DNA of 64,000 nucleotides from the NCBI GenBank assembly GCA_038087875.1, contig JAXLNO010000548.1, positions 62,001 to 126,000 of the forward strand, given 5' to 3'. Of this stretch, positions 13,065-24,844 are shown in pieces. How positions within the stretch are numbered: position 1 is the stretch's first letter; the number at the start of each line of letters is the position of its first letter. Below the pieces are notes generated by a model. The model did not search any database. It saw only the letters and a list, made by a program, of their open reading frames with translations, and was not told where the DNA came from. Source of the stretch: Malacoraja senta. Lineage: Eukaryota. The translations under genes and the position numbers were made by a program.

Positions 13065-13965
13065 AACTGCAGATGCTGGTTTAACTCGAAGGTAGACACA
13101 AAATGCTGGAGTAACTCAGCAGGCCAGCAGCATCTCTGGAGAGAAGGAATGGGCGACCTATCGGGTCGAGACCCTTCTTCAGACTGATGTCAGGGGAGTT
13201 GATGGGACAAAGATAGAATGTAGTTGAAGACACTAAGACTAGTGGAAGAACTGGGAAGGGGGAGGGGATAGAGAGGGAAAGCAAGGGCAATTTAAAGTTA
13301 GAGAAGTCAATGTTCATACCGCTGGGGTGTAAACTACCCAAGTGAAATATGAGGTGCTATTCCTCCAATTTGCACTGGGCCTCACCCTGACAATGGAGGA
13401 GGCCCAGGACAGAAAGGTCAGATTGTGAATGGGAGGGGAAGTTGAAGTGCTGAGCAACCAGGAGATCAGGTAGGTTAAGATGGACAGAGCGGAGTAGTTC
13501 AGTGAAATGATTGCCGAGCCTGTGCTTGGCCTCACTGATGTAGAGAAGTTGACACCTGCAACTGCGGATACAGTAGATGAGGTTGGAGGAGGTGCAAGTG
13601 AACCTCTGCCTCACCTGGAAAGACTGTTTGGGTCCTTGGATGGAGTCGAGAAGGGAGGGAAAGGGACACGTGTTGCATCTCCTGCGGTTGCAGGGGAAAG
13701 TACCTGGGGAGGGGGTGGTTTGGGTGGAAAAGGACGAGTTGACCAGGGAATTTCGGAGGGAATGGTCTCCACGGAAAGCAGAAAGAGGTGGAGATGGGAA
13801 GATGTGGCCAGTATTGGGATCCTGTTGGAGGTGGCAAAAAATGATGGAGGATCATATGCTGTGCGACGGCTGATGGGGTGGAAGGTGAGGATAAGGGGGA
13901 CTCTGTCCTTGTTATGAATGTGGGGGGAAGGGAGAGCAAGAGCGGAGCAGCGAGGAAACCCTAGT
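13065..13965 (-). mobile_element. Penelope-like element 3' part: linker + GIY-YIG + terminal repeat
   Basis: PLILTFHPISRR, RQRFTCTSSNLIYCIRSCRCQLLYISEAKHRLGNHF..HFN, GSLHPSGMNIDFSNF. Confidence 0.88.
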
Positions 13966-14257
13966 GAATGCCTCGCTCCTGTTTGTTTTACACGAGTTAA
14001 AATCAGTTTAAACCAATATCTGTAGTTCCTTCTTCCACAAAGGAAACGGGGCATTGTGCAAATCAATGCAGAAATTCCAGTCTGGATTGTACTGAAACAG
14101 TGGAGATTAAACCCTTTTAACGTCCGTCCGCATGAACCATGAATCAGACTGAATGTGTATTGCGCGCTTTTTTAAACTCAGTCGCCTCCGGTCAAGATTG
14201 AGATAAAGCCAAGACGCTTTTAGCCAGTAGTGAATAAAATGAGTATCATTAACTTAC

Positions 14258-14309
14258 CTGCTTGAGCCCCTTGTACGCGGAAGAAACTCAACAAGATGAA
14301 CAGAATCAT
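14258..14309 (-). CDS. Leader exon of a second MHC-like gene, MILFILLSFFRVQGAQA; downstream exons not found in the window
   Basis: ATG, 17 codons + 1 nt (52 nt, the same size and phase as exon 1 of the complete gene), consensus donor CAG|GTAAGT. The peptide aligns with MLLFTLLNTYGVATVSS and is preceded by a homologous promoter module. Confidence 0.65.
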
Positions 14310-14383
14310 TTCACGCACAACCTCACGCATCAACAGCAGCAACTGAGCCAAACTTCACCAACATCAAAGCAGGATCTCATCAT

Positions 14384-14426
14384 GCAATCAGAATCAAAAT
14401 ACCACGGGTCGTCACCAGTTGTCGAG
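14384..14426 (-). promoter_or_regulatory. X1-X2-Y-like module upstream of the second leader exon
   Basis: In gene sense: CTCGACAAC (X1-like), TGACG (14414-14410), a 21-nt spacer, ATTGC (14388-14384, a variant Y box). The X2-Y spacing is identical to the module at 55886-55856, and both share GTGACGA..GTGGT..ATTC..ATTG. Confidence 0.6.
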
Positions 14427-15829
14427 CGATGTCATTGAACCAGCAGGAAACAATTGACTGTAATGGAGACACGAGGAGGTGCTGATGCTGATTTACAACA
14501 ACAAAAGACCCAAAGTGCTGGTGTAACTCAGCAGGTCAGGTCACAACTCCGGAGGGCATAGATAGGTGACGATAGACACAAAGCGCTGGAGTAACTCAAC
14601 GGGTCGAGCAGCATCTTTGGAGAAAAAGGATAGGTGACTATTGTCAGTCTGAAGTAGGGTCCCAATCTGAAACAGCGCCTGTCAATGTCCTCCAGAGATG
14701 TTGCCCGACCTGCTGAGTTACTCCAGCACTTTGGTTTTATCGCACTCTATAGCAAATGGAATGGAAAGGCAGGGCGTAGTTGCCTGGAACTGTAATTACG
14801 TTTCAGATAACGCTCCATACTTGTGCTGCTAACTGCTCCTTATGTTATGATTCAGGAGACCCATAAATCCAATGCCTATCCTGACTTGAATCATTACAAT
14901 GCAGAACAAAAAGGAGGAAACCAAACACTGTACACAGCAGGTAGAGCTGCTGCCTCACAGCACCAGAGACCAGCGTTAGATCCTGACCTCTGGTATTGTC
15001 TGTGTAGATTTTCTTTAAGAAAGAACTGCAGATGCTGGAAAAATCGAAGGTAGACAAAAATGCTGGAGAAACTCAGCGGGTGAGGCAGCATCTATGGAGC
15101 AAAGGAATAGGCGACGTTTCCGGTCGAGACCCTCCAAGAAGGGTCTTGACCCAAAACTATTCCTTCGCTCCAGAGATGCTGCCTCACCCCCTGGGTTTCT
15201 CCAGCATTTTTGTCTAGCTACTGTATAGATTTTGTTCCTTCTTCCTGTGACCACCTGGGTTCTTCCCGGGTGCTCTGGTTTTCTCCCACATTCCACAGGT
15301 GTGTGGGTTTGTCAGTTAATTGACATCTGTAAATTTCCCCTAGCGTATGTGGGGATTGGACAAAAAAGTGGGAAAACATTGAACTAGTGTGAAGGGGTGA
15401 CTGGTGGTCAGCATGGTGGGCTGAAGGGCCTGTTTCCATGTTGTATCTTTCAACTCAAAATGGAATTCTGTAAAACAGTTATATTGGAAGCTAGTTTGGA
15501 CATTGAAACTGTGGAGCAAATGGTGGTGGATATAGACGGCGATGGTGTCTACAAATTTATCAAGGATCTATATCCGATATGGGGAGAACTTACACAATAG
15601 CATTGGTATTGGTTTATTATTGTCACTTGTATTGTGATATAGTGAAAAGCTTTTATTTGCATCCTAATCAAACCAGATCAGGAATGACTGAGGGATTGTA
15701 TTGAACAACAGGGCAGGCTTGTGGGCCTGTTTCAATGCAATAAACTCCATATCAATGTACCATATAAAGAATGCAGGTGCTGGTATGGTTGGTGATGAGC
15801 CCAAAATATTGCTTTTGTAATTCAAGATA

Positions 15830-16140
15830 TCCTCAGTGTTGCAACGGTAGAGTTGCTGCCTATAGCAGCAGAGACTCAGGTCGATTCTGACTAACGGTGC
15901 TGTCTGTACGGTGTTTGTACATTCTCCCTGCATCTCCATGCGTGACTGCATTGTTTTTCTCTGGGTGCTCCAGTTTCCTCCCACATCTCAAAGAAGTACA
16001 TGTTTTTAGGTTAATTTGCTTTGGTAAAATTGTAAATTGTCACCTGTCGTGGTATAGTACTATTGTACGGGGAGTTAGCGAGGACTCGGTGGGCCGAAGG
16101 GCCTGCTTCTGTGATGTACCTCTGAAGTCTAAAGTCAAAA
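15830..16140 (+). mobile_element. HE1/V-SINE-like SINE
   Basis: Head, V-core and tail present. Confidence 0.8.
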
Positions 16141-17014
16141 TGTTAATTTCTATTCATTTTAATTTTCAGCTCTTAACCAAAATCATTTCAATCAACCCAA
16201 AGATGTCTGTGTTTCTCCCTCACTACATCAGATTTAAGTCTGCATTTTTAAAAATGCTTTTAATTTTGCTCGGATAGTGCTGAACTAATTTGCTTATGTT
16301 ACTGGAGTTATAACTCACAGCAGTGACCACAGTAAGCAAGAGACATCAAATACATGAACACAAGAAAGGAGAAGCAGGAATAGGCCCACAAGCCACTGGC
16401 AGAATTAGTCCAAACCAATGTTTTAGTCCATATTACTCAACCACTGATAGAGGCCACATTATTCTGCTCCCTTCTCCCTAAAGTTTAGTTTAGTTTATTA
16501 TTGTAATGTGTACAAAAATACGGTGAAATACCATGTTTTGCATGCTATCCAGTCATAATACACCATACGTGAGTGCAATCATAAACAAGTAAGAGTGCAA
16601 TGATTGTAGTGGGTAATTGTAGAGATCACAAGAAAAATGAAGTACTTGTTGGCCATGAGTAAAGTCTGTTCTGCAGCTCAATTAGGTCATGACTGATCTA
16701 CTCATGACCAGAAGAGTCTGTAGCCAGTAACCAACAACTTCCCAAAGAAACAAATCCATCCTTCTCAGTAACGTAATGAATCTACACTCTGCAGTTGAAA
16801 ATTCCCATGATTCGTTATCATCTGGGAGAAAAATAAAACAATTTTCTCCTCAGTTTGAAACCTTGGCCTCCAAGGTCTAGTTTCCTCCATGAGGGGAACT
16901 ATCAAGAACAGGAGGAAATAGAACAGTAGTAGGCTATCAGCCCCTGAGAATAGTCACCAAACTTGTCCCACCATTCAATAAAATGATCACTGTTCAGTTG
17001 GCCTCAGCTCCTTA

Positions 17015-17535
17015 GATTAGTTTGGTTTAGAGGTACAGCCTTGAAACAGGCCCTTAGGCCCACTGAGTCTGTGCTGACCAGTGACCCCCCCACACTAACA
17101 CTATCCTACACACACCTGGGGCCAAATAACCTGCAAACCGGCATGTCTTTGGAGTGTGGGAGGAAGCTGGAAGCCCCAGAGAAAACCCACACAGGTCACA
17201 GGGAGAACGTAAAAAATCCATACATACAGCACCCATGGTCAAGATCAAACCTGGGTCTCTGCCACTGTAGCAACTCTACCGCTGCTACTCCGTGCCACCC
17301 CTTTGCGTCACCATGCTGCCTACACAGTTCTATCCTATACACATAGGACAATTTACAGATGCCAATTAACCTATAAACCTGCAGGTCTTTGGAACTGGGA
17401 GGAAACGAAAGCACCAGGGAAAACCCATGCAGTCACAGAGAGAACATACAAAGTTGGTACAGACAGCACCCTTAGTCAGGATCAAACCGGAGTCACAGGT
17501 ACTGCAAGGAAGTAACTCCACTGCTGTGCCCCTCT
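17015..17535 (-). mobile_element. Two adjacent HE1/V-SINE-like SINEs
   Basis: Two V-core copies, at about 17150 and 17395. Confidence 0.75.
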
Positions 17536-18489
17536 GATTGAAATGTTGGTTGCAAGTTCTAACTTTATTCATGAGAGTAATCGTCCACAACACAAGTAAA
17601 AATAGCAGAAGTGGACTACTCCTCTGTTCCTTTACCCCAAAACCGTCAATTGCCTGAATCTTTCAAAGATTTCTCTATCTGTTCATAAGCATATCTAATG
17701 CCTTAGCCACCACCACCTCTGGGCACAGAATTCCAGCGATTCACACCGTTCTGAAAGAAGTAATTTTTATGTACCTCACTTTTAAACAACTGGTCCCTTA
17801 TTCTGTAGTTGTTTCCCATTGTTTTTAGACTTTCCCACCAGTGAAACATCTCAACATCTATCATGAAAAGCCCCTTAAGATATTGCATGTGTGAATAAGG
17901 TCACTCATCACTTTCTACACTCCAAGGAATGCAGACCTAAAGTGTTTACCGCTCTTGATGGGACAACCTTTTCATCTCTTGACTTAGTTTGGTGAATTTC
18001 ACCTGGTCTGCATCCAATGCTCCTATACCCTATTTAATGTTAAACTGTGTGCGGTTTTCCAGTTATTGACTCACTATCATCCTGCATAATTCCAATATAA
18101 CTTCCCTGTTCTTAAATTCCATCCCCTTTGCAGTAAAGACTGCATTTTTTCCATTGGTTACTGGGCCTGCTACTAACTTAATTTGATGCATGCACTTGAA
18201 TACCAAGATCCCATCTGAACTTCACTCAGTTACAGTCTCTCTCCATTTAGACAATAATCCACCATTTAAGGTTTAGCTTGAGGTTTGTTATTGTGATGTG
18301 TACCAAGGTACGGTGAAAAGCATTGTGTTTGCTGTTGTATACATAAATACTATCAAGCCAAACACAAGTACAATAGGCAGACTGAAGGATAAGATACAGA
18401 GTGAAGAATATAGCTCTCAACATTATTGTACAACAGTTCCAGAGACAAAATCCAATGGCCATATTGAGGTAAAGGAGAATTGGGAATGG

Positions 18490-19005
18490 GTCCTAGCACA
18501 TGGAACATTCAAAAGCCTGATAACAGAGGAGAAGAAGCTGTTCCTGTGTCTGGTGCTCTACACCTTTAAGCTCTGCATCTTCTGCCTGATGGAAGTGGAG
18601 AAAAAAGGAATCACTAGTGTGAGAAAGGTCTTTGACTATGTTGGCTGTCTTCCTGAAGAGGCAGGAAGTGTAAATGGAGACAATGATGGGCAGTCTGGTC
18701 TGTGTGATGGACTGTGCTACATCTACACCTCTCTGCAATATCTTGTGGTCTTGGGCAAAGCTATTCTGAAAACAAGCTGTGATGTAACCTGATAATATGC
18801 TTTCTATGGTGCATCTATGGAAGTTGGTAAGAGTCATTGGACACATACCAAATTTCCTCAGTCGTCTGAGGAAATGGAGGCATTGGTGTGCCTTCTTGGC
18901 TGTCCCTTCAATGTGGTTGGTCCATCAAGGTTCGTTGGTAATATTTACACCAAAGAATTTGAAGCTCTCAACCATTTCTACTTTGGCACCATTGATACTG
19001 ATTGA
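18490..19005 (-). mobile_element. Rex1/Babar-type LINE fragment
   Basis: VEMVESFKFFGVNIT.., LTNFHRCTIESILSGYITA. Confidence 0.75.
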
Positions 19006-19827
19006 GGCAAGCTGACTTGATTCCTCATGCCAAAGAGCATGACTCGAAACATCACCAATTCTACCTAGAGATGCTGCTTGTCCTGCTAAGTTACTCCAGC
19101 ATTTTGTGTCTATCTTCAGTGTGAAGTAGCATTTGCAGTTCCTTCCTACACAATTTGGCTGCTCCACTGAGAAATCTCCTCAAGGTATGCCTACTTTGAA
19201 GAAGTTCTCCTCTCTCCAACGAGAGTTCTACAGTCCGAAAATGGGTCTCGACCTGAAACGTCACCCATTCCTTCTATCTAGAGATGCTGCCTGTCCCGCT
19301 GAGTTATTCCAGCATTTTGTGTCTATCTTCAGCATGACCTCACAGTTTCCCACATTAAACACATTAGCCAGGTTTTGACTAATCACTCAAGCTATCTATA
19401 TCCTGTTGTAAAATCATACTTTCCTCATTAAACCGTGCCATTTCATCTATTTTTGTATCATTGCCAAAACTGTCCTTACATTGGTTCCCTGCTCCAATTA
19501 GTTGAGGGGAGCCCTGATAGAAGTATGTAAAATTATGAAAGGCATGGATAAGTTTGGCTCCCGTTTGGCAGAAGGTGCAGAAGATTGAAGGCACGTACCA
19601 CCAGCCTCAGCGACAGCTTCTTCCCCTCTGTTATCTGGCTACTGAACAGTTTTTCTGTAGGTTATGGTAAGTATGATTTACCTCTATCCACCGAGATCAT
19701 TGGTGTTTCTCACTGGAACTGATGCGCTACAATGCTGAGATTGTTATGCTGCATGATATTATTCCCCTTTTAATTGATTATATCTGTGTATGGTATATCC
19801 AATCTGTTTGGATAGCATGGCATGCCT

Positions 19828-20200
19828 AGGTCCTTGGATGGAGTTAAGGGGGGAGGTAAAGCGACAAGTGTAGCATTTCCTGCAGTTGCAAGGGAAAGTA
19901 CCAGGGGAGGGAGTGGTTTGGGTGGGAAGGGACAAATTGACCAGGGAGTTACAGAGGGTGCAGTCTCTTCAGAAAGCTGAAAGGGGAGAAGATGAGAAGA
20001 TGTGGCCAGTGATGGGATCCCGTTGGAGGTGGCGAATATGTCGGAGGATTATCTGTTGTATGTGACGGCTGGTAGGGTGTAATGTGAGGACAAGGGGGAC
20101 TTGTCACGAGTGGGGGGATGGGGAGTGAGAGCGGAGCAACGAGATATAGAAGAGACCCTGCTGAGAGCCTCATCTACAGTCGAAGAGAAGAAGCCCCGTT
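19828..20200 (-). mobile_element. Penelope-like fragment, inverted relative to the adjacent copy
   Basis: Homologous to the minus-strand PLE at 13.2-13.9 kb (ERGFFSSTVDEALSRVS.., PLVLTxHP..). Confidence 0.8.
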
Positions 20201-20204
20201 CCTT

Positions 20205-20860
20205 AACTTCCCCTCCCCTGGCACTTTCACTTGCAACCGCAGGAAATGCTACACTTGTCGCTTTATCTCCCCCCTTGACTCCATCCAAGGGCCTAAGCAG
20301 TCTTTCCAAGTGAGGCAGAAGTTCACCTGCCCCTCCTCCAACCTCATCTATTGCATCCGCTGCTCTAGGTGTCAACTGCTCTACATCGGTGAGACCAAGC
20401 GCAGGATTGGCGATCGCTTCGCCCAACACCTCCGCTCAGTCCGCATTAACCAACCTGATCTCCCAGTGGCTCAGCACTTCAACTCCCCCTCCCATTCAGA
20501 ATCCGACCTTTCTGTCCTGGGTCTCCTCCACGGCCAGAGTAAGACCCTCCGCAAATTGGAGGAGCAGCATATCATTTTTCGCTTGGGTAGTTTACACCCC
20601 AGCGGTATGAACATTGACCTCCATTTTCAGGTAGTCTTTGCTTTCTCCCTCCTTCCCCTCCCCTTCGAAGCTCTCCCACAGCCTACTATTTCCACCTCTT
20701 CCTTTCTTCTTCCCGCCCCACACCCCCATATCAGTCTGAAGAAGGGTCTCGACCCAAAACGTCACCTATTCCTTTGCTCCATAGATGCTGCCTCACTGCT
20801 GAGTTTCTCCAGCATTTTTGTCTACCTTGGATTTTTCCAGCATCTGCAGTTCTTTCTTAA
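20205..20860 (+). mobile_element. Penelope-like element 3' part: GIY-YIG endonuclease + terminal repeat
   Basis: CNRRKCYTC..QKFTCPSSNLIYCIRCSRCQLLYIGETKRRIGDRFAQHLRSV..HFNSPSH, then the terminal repeat with the CTGAAGA..AAAC motif. Confidence 0.9.
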
Positions 20861-21269
20861 ACATGTACTTGTTCCTTGTACTTTTCCTGAGTGTATGGTG
20901 GGGCTAATATGGAGTGAGCTTTACCCAAAATCAAATGCGAGGTAAGAGTTGTTTAATTGTCATATGTATCAACAATAGAACAACAAAATTCTGACTTGCT
21001 GCAGCTTCACCTGCATGTAACTGCAATAACACAGAGATAATATAAAACAACCAATATAACAATAAATTAATAACTGTAATACTGGACTATCATAATAGTG
21101 CAAAAAACTAAATTCATATTACATTCAAAGACAGTCCGTAGATGATCATAGATGCTGAAGTTAGTTTTGTGTGGTGTTGAAGAGCCTGATGATTGCTGAG
21201 AAGAGACTATTCTTGAATCTGGTTGTCACGGTTTTCAGGCTGCTGTATCTTTCCCTATATCTATACTTA

Positions 21270-21576
21270 GGGGCGGCAGGGTGGCGCAGCGGTAGAGTTG
21301 CTGCCTTATAGCACCAGACACCAGGGTTCGATCCTGACTATGGGTGCGGTCCACACGGAGTTTGTATGTTGGGTGAACGCATGGGTTTTCTCCGGGTGCT
21401 CCAGTTTCCTCCCACACTCCAAAGACGTACAGGTTTGTAGGTTAATTGGTTTGTAAATTGTAATTTGTACCTAGTGTGTGTAGGATAGTGCCAATGTAAA
21501 GGGATCATTGGTCTTCGCAAACTTGGTAGGCCGAAAGGCCTGTTTCCATGCTGTATCTCTAAACTAAACTAAACTA
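21270..21576 (+). mobile_element. HE1/V-SINE-like SINE
   Basis: GTGGCGCAGCGGTAGAG head, GGTTCGATCC, V-core and (CTAAA)n tail. Confidence 0.88.
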
Positions 21577-21622
21577 ATTCTGCCCTGAGAGTGTGTGCAT
21601 GGACAACGCAGACACAGCTTAA

Positions 21623-21939
21623 AGGCCCTGTCCCACTGTACGAGCTAATTCAAGAGTTCTCCCGAGTTTCCCCTGATTCGAACTCGGAGAATTACGGTAA
21701 TAGCCGCTCGTAGGTACTTGGGGCTCTCGTGGACTTTTTTCAACATGTTGAAAAATCTTCACGAGTCTTCACGAGCTTACCGCGTTTCCCGAGTACCTGC
21801 CGTTAGCGTTACGAGCCGCTAGGAGATGTCCCGAGCTCCGACGTACCCGCTACGTACCATCTACGTGCTTACCACGAGTTTGATTTTTTTTTAAACTCGG
21901 GAGAGCTCTTGAATTACCTCGTACATTGGGACAGGCTTT
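21623..21939. mobile_element. MITE, PIF/Harbinger-like (copy 1)
   Basis: TIRs of about 45 bp (AGGSCCTGTCCCACTGTACGAG.TAATTCAAGAG..CTCCCGAG), TAA/GAA flanks, 317 bp, CpG-rich. It is the reverse complement of copy 2. Confidence 0.8.
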
Positions 21940-22179
21940 GAATTTTCTTTTTAAAAGGCAGTACATTGAGGCAACTGGCAGAATTGGTGCCCCTCTGCTA
22001 CAGCAACTTGGATTCAATCCTGATCTCGGGTACAACGTGTATCATTTTCTTGTTCTCCCTATGACACGTGGATTTCCACCAAATGCTCCGTTCCTCCTAT
22101 ATCTCAAAGACATGCGAGTTGGTTGGTTAATTGAATTTTGTAAATTGCCCAGTGTGTGATTGGATGACAGATGTTGTCT

Positions 22180-22490
22180 ATGTTTAGTTTAGTTTAGAGA
22201 TACAGTGAGGAAAGACCCTACAGCCCACCGGGCCTGCACCGACCAGCGATCCCCACATTTTAACACTACCCTACACACACTAGGGGTAATTTTACCTTTT
22301 ATACCAAGCCAATTAACGTACAAACCTGTACGTCTTTGGAGTGTGGGAGGAAACCGAAGATCTTGGAGAAAACCTACGCAGGTCACGGAGAGAATGTACA
22401 AACTCCATATAGAAAAGCACTTGTAGTCAGGATTGAACCCAGATCTCTGGCACTGTAATGCAGTAGCCTTACGACTATGCCACCATGCCA
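22180..22490 (-). mobile_element. HE1/V-SINE-like SINE, tail-to-tail with a plus-strand copy at about 21960-22170
   Basis: Family consensus in reverse orientation. Confidence 0.8.
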
Positions 22491-22729
22491 TCCTTCAGCA
22501 AGGCCCCACATGGGTGGCTGGTCCATTAGGTTGGAAAACATGGGATCCAGGGTGAGCTAGTCAATTGGACACAAAGTTGGCTTGGTGGTAGGAGTCAGAG
22601 AGTGGTAGTGGAAGGTTGTTTTTTTTACATAGGAAGCCTGTGACCAGTGGTATGCCTCAGGGACTGATGCTCTGATGTCATTCAGTCACACACAGTGCTC
22701 TCAGACTGATTAATGATTTCAATTTGCAG

Positions 22730-22865
22730 AAATGAAAGAGATGAAGGAAAGAGAGATAGAGCTGAGGGATGAGAGATGGAGAGATAAATAGATGGAGGGA
22801 AATAGGGAGATAGAGAGAGAGAGATATATAGTGAGATGGAGAGAGATGATAGATAGAGAGAGGGA
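22730..22865. repeat. GA-rich low-complexity tract
   Basis: Degenerate (GA)n/(GATA)n run. Confidence 0.85.
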
Positions 22866-23735
22866 TAATGTGATTGATACTTGTTGAGAGCAGAGCTGAA
22901 AATAGGTGAGGTGCCCTTGGGAAAGTGTGGACACAGGATGTCTGGGGATGACCAGTTTATTAAATGGACTACAGTATGAAGCAAAATAGATCAATGTTAA
23001 GAGTTCTCAAGCCAGATAAGCAACACTAAGATGTGTTTTGTTATTCAGTCCCTGGATGAGAGGCAACTTGAATTTCTTGATTTTCTTTTCGGAGTTCAGA
23101 ACTTGGATTAGAGTCTATTGTGCAACAAATCAGCTGAGCCCCTGGACAGATTAATGGTTGCCTGTTCAACATTCTGTACAACTGTAACACGACACCCCAA
23201 CCCTAGTCCTCAGTACCATGGCTGAGGAAACAAGGCACAACATATACTCTGTGTAGGAATGAACAGCAGATGCTAATGTAAACCGAAGATAGACACAAAA
23301 AGCTAGAGAGACTCAGCGGCAATATTTCTGGAGAGAAGGAATGGGTGACGTTTTGGATTGAGGCGATTCTTCAGACATATATTCCCTTCACTACCCTATC
23401 AAACTATGATGCCATTTTCAGGGAACTATGTAATTGTACACCAAGGTACAGCTCCATTTACAATCCTGCAATAGATTTGGCCAGTCATGATTTGAATTCC
23501 CAAAATGCATCAAATCACACTTGTTTGAGTTAGATTTCAACTGGCATTCCTTCCCCCCCCCTCACCTCCCATCCCCTCACCTCCATACCTTTCCGGTTGA
23601 TCAACATTATTTTGTAATCTTAGATAACAATTATCATTACCTAATATACTTATCAATTTTGTTGTCAACTCTGGCAAAGAAGAATCCAAAGATACTTTAT
23701 GTACATTCAAGAATCAATATTGTTTTATTGTCATA

Positions 23736-24264
23736 CCAGACCAAGTGCAGACCCGTTGGGTCTGCTCCCCCAACGCAATATTCCAGCACTCACCCGTTCC
23801 CCCAACGCAACCCGTTTGGCTTAAAAAAACACTTTAATCATGATGAGGGGGAGGGGGCAGGGGGTGTGGCACTCGGCAGCTTGAGAGCCCATCGTGATTG
23901 GTGCACTGGAGGGGGGTGGGGAGGGGGGAAGGAGGGTTGGAGCACTGGAGTGTCCGTCCCTCCTGGAGTGGCCCTGTCCTGCCTTGCGAGTGCATTGTGA
24001 AGTCACTCGGATTTTGTTTCCAAAATGGAAGAGTTTGAAGAAATCAAACTGTTTTTAAAATTTAACGATTAATAACTTCGGAAATATAGGTGGAAATGTG
24101 ATGGGAAGATGTTTATTGCCACCACGGGAAAAATGTGAGTAAGATGTGTGAAAATAGGAAGGCTGTGGCCTAGCATTAGGAAGAAGACAGGAATTTACCA
24201 GATTGACACACACACAGACACATCGTGGGCACAAACAAGCCAAAGACTTTTAGTTATATAGAGA
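23736..24264 (-). mobile_element. Non-autonomous Helitron
   Basis: On the minus strand it starts TC (24264) and ends with the hairpin CAGACCC-AAC-GGGTCTG followed by ...CTGG (CTRR). It is inserted between A and T with no TSD; the flanks rejoin to the LINE-tail consensus ttttattgtcata|tgtcc. Confidence 0.85.
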
Positions 24265-24844
24265 TGTCCTAGATAGAACAATGACATTCTTACTTGCAGC
24301 AGCACAACAGAATATGTAAACATAGTACACTGTAAACAATATAAGAAACATGAAATAAAAATATCTGGGTGTGCATGTATACACATACTCACAAATACAC
24401 ATAAATAGAGACCATATTCGTATATATATATACACACACACACACTCATATGTACACACAAAAAACAAACAATAATGGTGCAACAATAACAATAATAGTC
24501 TATGTAGTTAAGAGCTTGTTTAAGGCTGTAGTGTTTAATAGCCTAAAGGCTGTAGGGTAGAAGTTATTGCTGAACCTGACGTTACAATTTTCAGGCTCCT
24601 GTACCTTCTACCCTATGGCAGGGGTGAAATAAGTGTGTGGCCAGGGTGGTGTGGGTCTCTGATGATCCTTGCTGCCTTTTTGAGCTTCCTTCGATGGTGG
24701 GGAGGTCAGAACCCGTGATGGACTGGGCAGTGTTCACAAGTTTTTACAGTCTTCTTCGCTCCTATATTAAATGAATGAGGGTAACTTGATAAAGAATAAA
24801 TCCACTCAGAAAATAAAAGCTGTCATCTCTGTGAGGAGCTGCAT

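Noticed and set aside
15458-15600. Protein-like ORF MEFCKTVILEASLDIETVEQMVVDIDGDG..
   Set aside because: It is short, starts at a SINE tail, and has no splice context or recognisable domain.
20118-20945. Longest ORF in the track (275 aa), with a GIY-YIG motif, as a host gene
   Set aside because: It is a chimera of an antisense Penelope piece, a sense Penelope endonuclease fragment and terminal-repeat sequence.
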